Position numbers and translations under genes: made by a program
Shown: positions 19,374-29,497 of the stretch, in pieces
How the letters are laid out: each line of letters starts with the position of its first letter
Numbering within the stretch: the stretch's first letter is position 1
Notes under the pieces: generated by a model
What the model was told of the DNA's origin: nothing
Databases searched by the model: none
Seen by the model: only the letters and a program-made list of their open reading frames with translations
NCBI GenBank assembly: GCA_037444485.1
Contig: JBBIMI010000001.1
Location: 50,110-114,109, forward strand
Length of the DNA: 64,000 nt
Reading direction: 5' to 3'
Origin: Candidatus Micrarchaeota archaeon
Lineage (GTDB): Archaea > Micrarchaeota > Micrarchaeia > Norongarragalinales > Norongarragalinaceae

Positions 19374-20777
19374 TTAAACGCGGTATTCTTTGCCGAGGCT
19401 CGGTACGAAGACTTCGATTTGCTTTTTTTGTGATGTAGCCCATTCTTCGATTGCTTCAGCGAGCTCGAAGGGTTTTGTTGCTTCGCCGTGTATGACGAAC
19501 ACTTTCTTCAAGCCTTGAGTGCTTTTAACGAAAGCCATTAATTCGTTGAAATCGCTGTGCGCGCTGATTGGCGCTTGAACGACTTCGAGATTCATCTGAA
19601 AAACCTCGTCGTCGAACTTTAATTCTTTCGCGCCGTCCAACAACTCGCGTCCGCGAGTGCCTTTTGCTTGGTAGCCGACGAAGATAATCTTGTTCTTCGG
19701 GTCTGCACCCAAGTGTTTTAAGTACGTGAGTACGGGTCCGCCGTTAAGCATCCCGCTTGTCGTGACTATGATGGCTTTGTCTTGCGCTAGCACGTCGCTG
19801 CGGTCTCTCGTTTCCGGATAGTAATAGAACTTGCTTTTGAACGGGTCATCTTCGCTTGTAAGGATTCGGTGTTGGACTTCGCGTTTTAAGTAAATCGCGT
19901 TATGCCTGTAAATGCGGAGGACTTTCTTGATCATGCCGTCTATGTAGATTGGTGCTTCTGGAATCGCGCCTGAACGCATGAAGTTTTCGAGCGCGAACAA
20001 GATTTCTTGTCCGCGTCCGATTCCGAATGTCGGTATTATTACTTTTCCGCCTTTCTTGAAGGTTTCCTTAATGCTTTCAGAGAGAATGCGGCCGGATTCC
20101 TTGAGTGAAGGGTGCTTGTCTGCTTTGCTGCCGTAAGTGCTTTCTATGATAAGCGCGTCGGCTGTCAGATTCGGTTTAGCGCCTTCAAGCAATCGGGTGG
20201 CGCGCAAGTTCAAGTCTCCAGTGTAAAGCAGTTTCTTGCCGTTCGCGCGGATTTCAATCATCGCGCTGCCTAGAATGTGGCCAGCGTCGTGAAACGCGAT
20301 TTCGTAACCTTTAGACAGTTGATGCTGGCGGCGGCGTTCGCGGCCGGCCTCGTTTTGCTGTTGTTGTGCTCGCGTTGAAGCAGGCCGTCCGTCGGCTTCA
20401 ACTATCTCTGTGTTCACCAAAAGCATTTTTACGTCCTCCTGCCTGTAAGGTGAAGCGTGTTGGTTGATGCGTAAGTAATCCGCTAGAAGAACTTGAATCA
20501 AATCCCGCGTTGGCTTCGTCAAAAACGTTTTGCCGCGAAAACCAGCTTCGTATAACGCGGGAAGAAAGCCACTGTGGTCTAAGTGCGCGTGCGTCAACGC
20601 GACTGCGTCAAGCGAACGCATTTGCTTTTCTTCGAGCAGCGGGTGTTCTTCTTCGTCTTCCTCGAGCTTAATGCCGCAGTCGAGCAGAACGCGTTTCGTT
20701 CTTGAACTGTTCTGGGTTTCGACTAGGATGCTGGAGCGTCCGATTTCTCGGGCTCCGCCTAAAAAGTATAATTTCAA
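19374..20777 (-). CDS. MBL/beta-CASP ribonuclease (aCPSF-like, no KH domains)
   Basis: GGAREIGRS, THAHLDHSG, AGHILGS, ESTYG, SAHSD, HGE. Confidence 0.92.
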   Translation of the reverse strand: MKLYFLGGAREIGRSSILVETQNSSRTKRVLLDCGIKLEEDEEEHPLLEEKQMRSLDAVALTHAHLDHSGFLPALYEAGFRGKTFLTKPTRDLIQVLLADYLRINQHASPYRQEDVKMLLVNTEIVEADGRPASTRAQQQQNEAGRERRRQHQLSKGYEIAFHDAGHILGSAMIEIRANGKKLLYTGDLNLRATRLLEGAKPNLTADALIIESTYGSKADKHPSLKESGRILSESIKETFKKGGKVIIPTFGIGRGQEILFALENFMRSGAIPEAPIYIDGMIKKVLRIYRHNAIYLKREVQHRILTSEDDPFKSKFYYYPETRDRSDVLAQDKAIIVTTSGMLNGGPVLTYLKHLGADPKNKIIFVGYQAKGTRGRELLDGAKELKFDDEVFQMNLEVVQAPISAHSDFNELMAFVKSTQGLKKVFVIHGEATKPFELAEAIEEWATSQKKQIEVFVPSLGKEYRV

Positions 20778-21099
20778 CTATTAAAACACTTTTTCAAATT
20801 TTAAACTCTTGAATTGCTTGCTCGGTTTTTCGCTTGCTCAGTTTTCGTCCGTCTCCGGCGGAAACAAGCTCTTTTCCGCAAAGAAGCTTGTTTTCGCAAC
20901 TAGGAGACTAATCGAAAAAAGAATTGCAAGTATTACGTGTCGATAGGAGTATATAAACCAACCCCAGTTCGCCGATTAACGGTGCAGTTCTTTTTTTCGC
21001 GTTTGACCGCGCGCGACGCGCGTTTAGCGTTCACCGAGTTTTTTATTCCAGCGTAGTCATAATACTAAGGGAGTTGTTGCATACTAACAGGGTTATTGC

Positions 21100-21852
21100 A
21101 TGATGGCGATGGGTTTAGACGACCTAAAGAATTTCTTGAAGTCTAAAAAAAGCGTGGGAAAGACTAAGCGGAAGCACGCTGCAGAGATGGGGGAGAGTAT
21201 CGGAGAAAAGCTTTCTTCGTTAGAGGAAGAGATTTCTGTTTGCAAGACGCGGGAACTGCTTTACAGAAAGATTCTAGAACGCTATTCTGAAATGATCGGG
21301 TTAAGCGAGGAAAAAACTATTCCTGAATTGAAGGCGCTTGTAAACGCGGGGGACGCGAACGTTTTAGAAGTGAAGCAAAAAATTTTAGGAGAATTGCAAA
21401 CGCTGCGGGGCCCAGAGTTTTCTTACGCGTTTGAAAAAGATTTTCTCGACTACGCGGGAAAGGCGTTCGAATTCGTTTCTTCGCTTCGCGAGGTTCACGC
21501 GAACTTGAGTTTTTCCTACTGGCTTTCACCGAAAGAAATTTTAGAGTTAGGGGCTGCCGACGCTTTCGACAAAGCGATTTTCTTGTGCTCGCTTCTCAAA
21601 GCCGGTGGTTGCGGCAACGCGCGCGTGCGAGTTTTCGAGCTCGAGGGGGGTTTGAAGCACGCAGTAGTCGTTTTCGAATTCGCTAACATGTTTTACGTTT
21701 TCGATTCTTCGCGGCGCGAGCCGAACGCGAGGCTTTCGGCGCCGACTGCGGACGAAGCGTTGAAAGAATTTTGCTGCGACGGAAAGAAAGTGACGCGCTC
21801 GCTTTACGAGTTCAACGACTCTGAATACAATGAGTTTGGTGAGGAAGAATAA
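21100..21852 (+). CDS. Hypothetical protein, degenerate transglutaminase-like C-terminus
   Basis: YWLSPKEILELGAADAFDKAIFLCSLL...HAVV...VFD; Ala at the usual catalytic Cys. Confidence 0.6.
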   Translation: MMAMGLDDLKNFLKSKKSVGKTKRKHAAEMGESIGEKLSSLEEEISVCKTRELLYRKILERYSEMIGLSEEKTIPELKALVNAGDANVLEVKQKILGELQTLRGPEFSYAFEKDFLDYAGKAFEFVSSLREVHANLSFSYWLSPKEILELGAADAFDKAIFLCSLLKAGGCGNARVRVFELEGGLKHAVVVFEFANMFYVFDSSRREPNARLSAPTADEALKEFCCDGKKVTRSLYEFNDSEYNEFGEEE

Positions 21853-21892
21853 GCGAACCACAGGCAGGAGGCGTCCAAAGTTTTCGGTGTTT

Positions 21893-22099
21893 TCAGAGTT
21901 TCTTGAGTTTAGCTAAAAACTTTTTGTGAATTCGCACAGTATCGCGCAAGTGCTGCGCGAACGAACGCTTTTTCGAAAGCAGTTGCTTGTGAATCTTCAA
22001 CTCGTCGCGCGCGTGCTCTCGCCAGGCGTCCGCAAAATTGTGGAGTTTCCTGGCTAGCGCGCGTTTTCGGTTTTCAGATTTCTTGCTTTTTCCAACCAT
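21893..22099 (-). CDS. Small basic hypothetical protein
   Basis: 68-aa ATG ORF with repeated LRDxxxIHK-like motif. Confidence 0.5.
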   Translation of the reverse strand: MVGKSKKSENRKRALARKLHNFADAWREHARDELKIHKQLLSKKRSFAQHLRDTVRIHKKFLAKLKKL

Positions 22100-22240
22100 T
22101 TTCGTACCACATTGCGAATGAATCCTGAGAGTATGAAGAAAGGCACGGGTTTAAATATTTCGTTTCGCAAAAAAAATTCCTTGAAGGTTTGAAGAAGCTA
22201 GTTTTCTGGAGAGTTGAATTTTTCTAGAGGGTTGAATTTT

Positions 22241-22432
22241 TTGGGCGTTGACATCAACAGCAAGTGTTTTTACTGTGCGGGCTGCGTTTCAGTCTGCCCC
22301 ACGCTCGCGTTGACGCTTGAAGAAAACAAGATTGTCTGCGATTTTTCGAAATGCACCGACTGCGGAATTTGCATTAAAGCGTGTCCGGTTAAAGCGATTT
22401 CCTTCCACTCAAGCAAAAAGAAACAAGGTTGA
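22241..22432 (+). CDS. 2[4Fe-4S] ferredoxin
   Basis: CFYCAGCVSVCP and CTDCGICIKACP. Confidence 0.92.
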   Translation: MGVDINSKCFYCAGCVSVCPTLALTLEENKIVCDFSKCTDCGICIKACPVKAISFHSSKKKQG

Positions 22433-22469
22433 ATAAGAACAAGTTGAATAAGAACAAGTTGAATAAGGA

Positions 22470-23648
22470 TTGAAAAAAGATTATGACGCGGTTGTAGTCG
22501 GGGCTGGACCTGCAGGCAGCGTATTCGCGCGCACAGCTGCGGCGAAAGGACTAGATGTCCTAGTCGTAGACAAGAAAAAAGACTTGGGGACTCCAGTGCG
22601 TTGCGGCGAGGGACTCGACGCTAAATACTTTCGCGAGTTCGACTTGCCGCTAGTTCCAGGCGCACAACCATTTGAAATAAACGGGGCTGCCTTGTACGGC
22701 CCAAAGCGGCAGAAAATCGTCTTACGCACCGCGATGACAAAGGGCTTCGTGCTCGAACGAAAGATTTTCGACAAGCACTTAGCGATTCAAGCGATTAGGA
22801 AAGGCGCGCACTTCCTACCGAAAACCCTTGCAACAGGACTAATCAAAGAAGAGGGAAAAATTGCGGGCGTTAAAGCCATTCATGACGGCGTCGAACTCGA
22901 ATTCCATGCATCCCTCATAGTCTCAGCAGAAGGCATGGAAGCGAAAATAGCGCGCGAAGCCGGCTTTCCCGCGCTTGCGACGCTTTACGATACTGACACT
23001 TGTTACGAATACGAAATGGCGAACGTCGAATGCGAAGACCTTATCGAAATTTATTTCGGCAACGAAATCGCGCCAAGAGGGTACGTATGGGTTTTTCCAA
23101 AGGGTAAAGACGTTGCGAACGTAGGCATCGGCGTGGGGGCGGCGACCGGCGCGAATCCGAAAGAACTTCTCGACCGTTTCATTGCAAGTGAAACGCGTTT
23201 CAAGTCAGCAGAGCCCATTGAAGTAAAGGGAGGCTTAATCAGCGTGGGCGCGCCGATTCGCGAGTTCGTGAAAGACAATTTTATGGTAATCGGCACTGCA
23301 GCACACCAAGTAGACCCTATTCACGGCGGCGGCATCGGCCTCGCGGTCGAAGCCGGGTTCATCGCCGGCAACGTCGCCGCGGAAGCGGTTGAACAAAAAA
23401 ATTTTTCGAAGAATTTTCTAGCGAAATACGAGCGCGAGTGGCGCGAGAGGGAAGGCGCGAAACTCGAAAAACGCTTGAAACTGCGTCACGTCATTGAAAA
23501 ACTGAACGACGATGACTTGAACCACATTTTTAATGAGGTGAATGAAGCTGATGTGGATGCGTTGCTGCGGGGCGAGTACAAGAGCGTAGTCGCAAAGGTT
23601 TTGTTGAAGCGCCCAAGCATGCTGAAAATTGTTTCCGCGCTCGCGTGA
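22470..23648 (+). CDS. Digeranylgeranylglycerophospholipid reductase (GGR family)
   Basis: GAGPAG, PVRCGEG, APRGYVWVFPKG, PIHGGGI; ferredoxin directly upstream. Confidence 0.9.
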   Translation: MKKDYDAVVVGAGPAGSVFARTAAAKGLDVLVVDKKKDLGTPVRCGEGLDAKYFREFDLPLVPGAQPFEINGAALYGPKRQKIVLRTAMTKGFVLERKIFDKHLAIQAIRKGAHFLPKTLATGLIKEEGKIAGVKAIHDGVELEFHASLIVSAEGMEAKIAREAGFPALATLYDTDTCYEYEMANVECEDLIEIYFGNEIAPRGYVWVFPKGKDVANVGIGVGAATGANPKELLDRFIASETRFKSAEPIEVKGGLISVGAPIREFVKDNFMVIGTAAHQVDPIHGGGIGLAVEAGFIAGNVAAEAVEQKNFSKNFLAKYEREWREREGAKLEKRLKLRHVIEKLNDDDLNHIFNEVNEADVDALLRGEYKSVVAKVLLKRPSMLKIVSALA

Positions 23649-23784
23649 AACGCGGGGGGAGGGGTACAAGTTTAAAAATTTTGTTTTCTTTAAACAATTG
23701 GTTTGTTTGCAGTCATTTGCTTTGATTCGCTTTGATTCCACGTTTGTTTTCGTGATTTTTGTTTTTGATGGAGGTAATAGTGTT

Positions 23785-23967
23785 TTGAAGTTGAAGTTAG
23801 ACCAGTTAACTAATTACGAGAAGGCGCGGCTTGTAGGCGCTAGGGCGTTGCAGCTTGCGATGGGCGCGCCGCCACTCGTGAAAGTGCCTGAAGGCGTCGT
23901 AGACGCGATCGTGGTAGCGCGCTTGGAATTCGAGAAAAACGTGATTCCGCTTCAAATAATTCGTTAA
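23785..23967 (+). CDS. rpoK: RNA polymerase subunit K (Rpo6)
   Basis: LTNYEKARLVGARALQLAMGAP; GGAGGT SD. Confidence 0.95.
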   Translation: MKLKLDQLTNYEKARLVGARALQLAMGAPPLVKVPEGVVDAIVVARLEFEKNVIPLQIIR

Positions 23968-24000
23968 CACGAGCGGAACGCTTGACGAACTTTAAAGAAA

Positions 24001-25224
24001 TTACTCGTAGCGGAGTGCATCCACGGGCTTTAGCGAAGCTGCTCGCCGCGCGGGTAAAACACCTGAAATCGCGCCTACCAAGAAAGAGAATGCAAGCGAG
24101 AAACCGATTAGTTCTGGCGTTATCGATGCTTTCAGGAACGATTCGCCTGCTTGCGCCGCGACTTCCTGCGCGCCTAAAGCCAAGACTAAGCCGAAGGAAA
24201 CGCCTAGAATGCCACCCAGCAAGCCAAGCATTCCGGACTCTGTTAAGAAAAGCAGTAAGACATGCGAGTTTCTGGCGCCTATCGCCTTCATTACACCTAT
24301 TTCCTTTGTTCTTTCGAGTACACCAGTGTACATCGTGTTCATTATTCCGATTCCGCCGACGAGCAGGGAAATTGCCGCAATGCCTATTACCGTCGCTTGG
24401 ACGGCGCCCAGAATCGCACTGAAGGAAGCTGCGAGTTGTTCAGGGGTTTGCACTGAAAAATCTTCTTCTCCTTCTTTTTGGTGTCTTGAAGCACGCAGTT
24501 TCTTAAATATTTTTTCGCCCACTTGTTCCGCTGAAACGCCGGCTTGCATTTGAACGATTATCATGGAAACTAGTTTTTGTTCGTTAAACATTTCTCGCGC
24601 GGTTTCTATTGGAATATAGATTTGACTATCGTCGTGCCTGCTGCCGACCGACTTCAATACGCCGACCACTCGAAAATCTTTGCCGTTCAACTTGATTTTG
24701 TCGCCGGGCCTAATTTTTTTCTTGAAAAACCCGTTTGCGAGGTAACTGCCGACTACCGCTGCGTACTTGTCACTGGTTTTAAAGTCCCTGCCTGCAGAGA
24801 GTTTGAAGCCCATCGCGTCTTTAAGCATGTCTTGCGTTTTGCCTAATGGAATGCTTACGAGGAACGTGTTTTTAGACTCGCCTGAAAATTCCATCGTAAC
24901 GCTTTTAACCAATACTTCGCCTGCAAGGCTTACTCCAGCAATTTTTTTGATGTCGTTCACGTCGTCTGTGGTGAGTGGATGCGCGGATAACTCACTTGCG
25001 AAAGGCGAGGAAAACATGCCGCCTGCAGAACCCATCACGATTATCTTGTCGGCACCCAGTTTTTGAAACTCTGCAGAAATCACGTTGTTCAAGCCGCTGC
25101 TTAACGATACGAGCGCCACTACGGCGGCGATGCCTATAAAGACGCCTATTACAGTAAGTAAGCTCCGCAATCGCCGGTGCGATAAGTTTCTTGAAGCGAG
25201 GTAAATATAGTTTACCAACCGCAA
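24001..25224 (-). CDS. ABC transporter permease, MacB/FtsX family
   Basis: RSLLTVIGVFIG, GGIGIMNTM, ERTKEIGVMKAIGA, PVDALRYE. Confidence 0.92.
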   Translation of the reverse strand: MRLVNYIYLASRNLSHRRLRSLLTVIGVFIGIAAVVALVSLSSGLNNVISAEFQKLGADKIIVMGSAGGMFSSPFASELSAHPLTTDDVNDIKKIAGVSLAGEVLVKSVTMEFSGESKNTFLVSIPLGKTQDMLKDAMGFKLSAGRDFKTSDKYAAVVGSYLANGFFKKKIRPGDKIKLNGKDFRVVGVLKSVGSRHDDSQIYIPIETAREMFNEQKLVSMIIVQMQAGVSAEQVGEKIFKKLRASRHQKEGEEDFSVQTPEQLAASFSAILGAVQATVIGIAAISLLVGGIGIMNTMYTGVLERTKEIGVMKAIGARNSHVLLLFLTESGMLGLLGGILGVSFGLVLALGAQEVAAQAGESFLKASITPELIGFSLAFSFLVGAISGVLPARRAASLKPVDALRYE

Positions 25225-25348
25225 TCGCCTCGAGTTTGCTTCACGAAGTATTGTTTTTACTAATTCCAGGTTTTCAGGTTTTGTGGTGTTTCGCTGTTAG
25301 TTTTGTTGTGTTTTGCGCCGCATTCTGAAATTTTTGTAAATGGGTGGT

Positions 25349-26599
25349 TCAAACGCGTTTTCTGTGTGAAAACCATTTGAACAAGCGCCAAAGCACGTAG
25401 AATGCTATCAACGCGATGACTGCGATTAGGACGGTATTTAAACCGCCTTTCTTTTCCAAATCCATTCGCGTTATTTCTTCTTCGGAATATAAGCGGAGGG
25501 AAACTTCCCGATATTCTTTATAGTTCTTGTTGTTCGCATCTTTGAAAGATATTTCCAGCGGAAGTTTGATTTGGCTTCCAGTGTTTGGCGAAACATAGAG
25601 AGAGTACTGTACTGTTTGATAATCACCGGAATCCAGTCCGCCGACGTAAACGTTTGCTGCTGAAAGCGTTTGAAACCCTGCGTTCGGTAGAAGGCGGACG
25701 GAGAGGAACTTCGCGTCAGAAAGGCCTTTATTCACTATTTTAATCACGATGTTTCCTGGTTGGCTTGTACGTAGGATTTCCGTAGATTCTAGTTCTATGA
25801 ATATTTCTGGTTTGGCGTTGACTAGGAAAGCGATTGAATCATCGCGAGAGTAATTGTTTCCAGCGTCATCTACATACGAGAGCGAGAGCGTGGTTTTATA
25901 GAGTTTTGCCGCAGCATCTGAAGCAGCCATCACGTTGAATTCAAGGGTTTTTTCTTCACCTGCATCCAAGTACTGTAGTCGTTGTTCGCTTCCGCTTTTT
26001 ATGAACGCTAACGGAATGGTTGGGGAGGATAAGTCTATTTTCAGCGCCACATCACGGACTGTCGAACTGGCTTGGTTTTTGATGTGCACTTTGACTATTG
26101 CTTCTTTACCAGGTTCTATTTCAAATGGTTCTGTTTCTATCTTCGTAACGCTTACGACTATGTCTTTCGGTTTCACTGTAATCGATAACTTGGTTGAAAG
26201 CCAGTCGCCTGGCTTTGAACGACATTTGAAGCTGATTTCATTGACGCCGAAAACCGCTTTTGAGTCAACGCGTAGTTTATACTTCAACACGACGCTTTGG
26301 CCTACTAACAACTGGCCCACGTAACGCGTCGCACTCTCGTTCGCGTCTAAAGAGAATGGAAAAACTGGTTCGAGCGCGCACTCCACGTTGTCGCTGGTTG
26401 CCGCGCTGTTCAAGACACTCACCCACAAGTCGATGTACTGCCCTGGTTCTGCTGGGTAAGGCTCGTATTTTAAAGCGGACAAGGAAAGCGTTCCACCAAG
26501 CAGCGGCGTTGCCGCTGCAGTAAAGCCAGCTAGAGCTAGAAAAGAGGCGAAAAACAAAACAATTATGCTTAATTTCGTTAATTCATTCATTTCAACCAA
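25349..26599 (-). CDS. COG1361-like (S-layer/Ig-domain) membrane-anchored protein
   Basis: Signal peptide, YEPYPAEPG, beta-rich repeats, C-terminal TM; inside ABC operon. Confidence 0.75.
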   Translation of the reverse strand: MVEMNELTKLSIIVLFFASFLALAGFTAAATPLLGGTLSLSALKYEPYPAEPGQYIDLWVSVLNSAATSDNVECALEPVFPFSLDANESATRYVGQLLVGQSVVLKYKLRVDSKAVFGVNEISFKCRSKPGDWLSTKLSITVKPKDIVVSVTKIETEPFEIEPGKEAIVKVHIKNQASSTVRDVALKIDLSSPTIPLAFIKSGSEQRLQYLDAGEEKTLEFNVMAASDAAAKLYKTTLSLSYVDDAGNNYSRDDSIAFLVNAKPEIFIELESTEILRTSQPGNIVIKIVNKGLSDAKFLSVRLLPNAGFQTLSAANVYVGGLDSGDYQTVQYSLYVSPNTGSQIKLPLEISFKDANNKNYKEYREVSLRLYSEEEITRMDLEKKGGLNTVLIAVIALIAFYVLWRLFKWFSHRKRV

Positions 26600-26651
26600 T
26601 TACCTGTTAGGTTTTTATTTTCTTGAGTTGTTTCATTGTTTCACGTTGTTT

Positions 26652-27332
26652 TCACGAATGCTGCAGCATGCCGTCTCTCAAGTGCAGCGTGCGGTGCGCG
26701 ATTTTCGCGTATTCAGTTTCGTGCGTCACCAATACTATTGTTTTATTTTCAGTTTCGTGGAGCTCCTCCAGTAAAGACATTATTTCCGCGCCCGCGCGCG
26801 AGTCTAAGTTTCCGGTTGGCTCATCCGCCAAGATCGTGTCTGGGTTTACTACGAGTGCGCGTGCTACTGCAACGCGTTGTTGTTCGCCTCCACTTAGTTC
26901 GTACGGCTTGTGATTCAGCCGCGCGCCTAAACCCATTTTTTCAAGCATTTTTCGCGCTCGAGTTTTCCGCTCTTTTTCTGGAACTTCTTGAAAAACGAGC
27001 GGCATTTCAACGTTTTCCTGCGCAGAAAGCGAGTGAATAAGGTTAAAGTTTTGGAAAACGAACCCGATTCTACGCCCCCTTATTTCAGCCAAATCGCTTT
27101 CGTTCAGTAAAGAAATGTCTTGGCCGTCCAACAATATTCTTCCATGCGTTGGCAAGTCCAGGCAACCGATCAAGTGCATTAAAGTCGATTTTCCGGAGCC
27201 GCTTGGACCGACTATCGAAACGAATTCGTTTTCCGCGATTTTCAGGCTGACTCCGCGCAATGCAGGCACTTCAATCGCGCCCATTCTATAAATTTTTTTG
27301 ACGTTTTGGAGTTCGATTACCGTTCGTTTCAA
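26652..27332 (-). CDS. ABC transporter ATP-binding protein (LolD/MacB-like)
   Basis: GPSGSGKST, LSGGEQQR, ADEPTGNLD, VTHE. Confidence 0.95.
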   Translation of the reverse strand: MKRTVIELQNVKKIYRMGAIEVPALRGVSLKIAENEFVSIVGPSGSGKSTLMHLIGCLDLPTHGRILLDGQDISLLNESDLAEIRGRRIGFVFQNFNLIHSLSAQENVEMPLVFQEVPEKERKTRARKMLEKMGLGARLNHKPYELSGGEQQRVAVARALVVNPDTILADEPTGNLDSRAGAEIMSLLEELHETENKTIVLVTHETEYAKIAHRTLHLRDGMLQHS

Positions 27333-27446
27333 AGCACACCAACTCGATAGCGGAGAGCTAAAGAGAAAGATAAAGAAAAAGAGTTCTGAAAACATTAATT
27401 ATTAATTGCAGATATATTTAAGTCTTGGTTTTGAAGTTGGTTTCGA

Positions 27447-28601
27447 ATGAGTAAAGCGTTTCAAGCAACGCAAACAATGAGTAATTTAGACTTGTTTTAC
27501 TTACTGCGGGAATTGAGGGTGTTGGAAGGCGCGCGGCTTTCGAAAGCGTACGGATTCGCGCCTAACGCGCCAAACGTTTTCCGCTTTAAGTTTAAGGCTT
27601 CTGGCGGCGAGTTAAACCTGCACGTCGACTTGAGTGTCGGGATGTGGTTGACGAAGTACTTGAGGGAACCGCCGAGACAGCCTGACGCTTTTGTAACGAA
27701 ATTGCGGAAGGATTTGGAGAACGCCCCGCTTTCTGAAGTAAAGCAATTAAATTTCGACCGAGTAGTTTCACTCGTTTTTTCTACTAAAGTTGGGGAACGC
27801 GTCTTGATTGTGGAATTCGTCGGCAACGGCAACCTCTTATTGCTCGATGAAAACAAAAAAATAATTCAAGCACGCGAAAACCGTAATTACGTTGTTCGGA
27901 AGCTGCGTGCGGGCGCAAGGTACGTGCTTCCCTCGTCGGAAAAGAAAAACCCGAGCGAGCTTAATGAAAGCGACCTGCGTGGATTGCGCGGGGGCGTGGT
28001 TTCCGCATTGTTCAAAAAAGTGAATTTGTCGCCTTTTTACTTGGAGGAAGCCTGCGCGCGGGCTGGAATCGAGTTCTGTGAGAAAATCGAGGAACTTGAA
28101 GCAGAGAAACGAAAGGCGCTTGCCGACGCGTGCAGGAAATTGCTTGCAGAGAATTCCACGCCAAGAGTTTACGTTGTTGGCGGTCGGGCAGCCGCATTCG
28201 CACCCTTCGAATTAAAGAAATTAAGAAACGCGGCGAATAAAGAATTCGAGAGTTTTTCTAGAGCGTTGGATGCTTATTATGCGGAACTCGTTGGAGAGAG
28301 AGGCTCGCGCGAGGAGAAGGCGGAAACGCGTTTCGAAAAAGAATTAAGCGAGTTGCGCGCATTGCTTTCAAGGCAGGAGCTGTCAGCAAGCGCGTTAGAC
28401 AATGAGGCTAGAGAAAAAAAGCTTTCTGGGGATTGGATTTGCGCCAATTCAGGTTTAGTCGAACGCGTTATCGAAGAAGCTCGCGCGCTTAAGAGCGGCG
28501 TCGATTCTAGGGAAGTTGAGCGCCGGATTGCGGCGTTGAGTGGAAAAATCAAAAAAACATCTATTGCTGGCGCTGAATTGATTATTGAAACTGGCGAGTA
28601 A
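27447..28601 (+). CDS. Rqc2/NEMF (NFACT) N-terminal part only
   Basis: MSNLDL, FVTKLRKDL, QLNFDRVV, EFVGNGNLLL, YLEEAC; stops before the NFACT-R domain. Confidence 0.8.
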   Translation: MSKAFQATQTMSNLDLFYLLRELRVLEGARLSKAYGFAPNAPNVFRFKFKASGGELNLHVDLSVGMWLTKYLREPPRQPDAFVTKLRKDLENAPLSEVKQLNFDRVVSLVFSTKVGERVLIVEFVGNGNLLLLDENKKIIQARENRNYVVRKLRAGARYVLPSSEKKNPSELNESDLRGLRGGVVSALFKKVNLSPFYLEEACARAGIEFCEKIEELEAEKRKALADACRKLLAENSTPRVYVVGGRAAAFAPFELKKLRNAANKEFESFSRALDAYYAELVGERGSREEKAETRFEKELSELRALLSRQELSASALDNEAREKKLSGDWICANSGLVERVIEEARALKSGVDSREVERRIAALSGKIKKTSIAGAELIIETGE

Positions 28602-28648
28602 GGACGCGCAACACGAAACAAGAGCGGTAAGAATAAGAGTAGTAAGTG

Positions 28649-28918
28649 TTACTGCGGCGGATTAGTGAGGCTGCGGCGGTCTACAACCATTACGTCTTTA
28701 ACGTCTAATACCGCGCTGTACGGAATCGTAACCAAATCAGTGCCTTCGTGTTTCGCGCGGGCGGCCAGGCTGGATTCCGGATTCGGTTCTAGCAAAACGC
28801 TTTCGAGTTTTCCAGTCAATTCATTCAAATACAAGTCTACGATGCGGCCTATTTCTTCCCCATCAGAAGTGATTATTCTTTTTCCAGCCAGTTGTTTGGC
28901 GATAGCGTACCTAACCAT
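28649..28918 (-). CDS. PRC-barrel protein
   Basis: LAGKRIITSDGEEIGRIVDL...IPYSAV. Confidence 0.85.
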   Translation of the reverse strand: MVRYAIAKQLAGKRIITSDGEEIGRIVDLYLNELTGKLESVLLEPNPESSLAARAKHEGTDLVTIPYSAVLDVKDVMVVDRRSLTNPPQ

Positions 28919-29126
28919 TTCTTGTTTTCACCTGCAATAGCGAAAAACAGTTTTTAAAAGTTATCGAATTTCGAGTTGAAGTTATTTGTTTCACGCTATT
29001 TAAATATTTTTGTTTAAGAGTGTTAAGCTTTAAGGGCTTTAAGGAGAGCGAAACGCAAGTATTAATAACACCGTGTTTTTATATTGTTGGTTTTTCATTT
29101 GAACCAGACGATGCTGGAAAAACAAG

Positions 29127-29393
29127 GTGGTTTTCTTGAAGATAAAGGAAGAAGTGCTTAAAGTCATTGATGCTTTGAAAAAACAAGGCTTCAACCCAGT
29201 AGATGCTGTTTTCGAGGGCGCGCTTGGTGTGAAGGAGGACACCACCCTCGCTTTCATGGACAAGCTTAACGACGCTCAAATGGTTTCCGGCGTTATTAGA
29301 GTAATTTACACTGTTGACGGGGAGAATGTTCGTTTCGTCGAGATTCCAGTCGGGCAAGGCGGCGGAGCCGAGGCTGCAAGCGCCGAAAAATAA
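29127..29393 (+). CDS. Hypothetical protein
   Basis: 88-aa ORF with normal composition. Confidence 0.55.
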   Translation: MVFLKIKEEVLKVIDALKKQGFNPVDAVFEGALGVKEDTTLAFMDKLNDAQMVSGVIRVIYTVDGENVRFVEIPVGQGGGAEAASAEK

Positions 29394-29497
29394 AATAATT
29401 AATGAATGAAAGCAAAACTAGAAAGACTGAAGAAAACCGCATTCAAGCAGCCACTAATTTTATTTTATTAATTTTTATTTATTTTATTATTCAAAAT

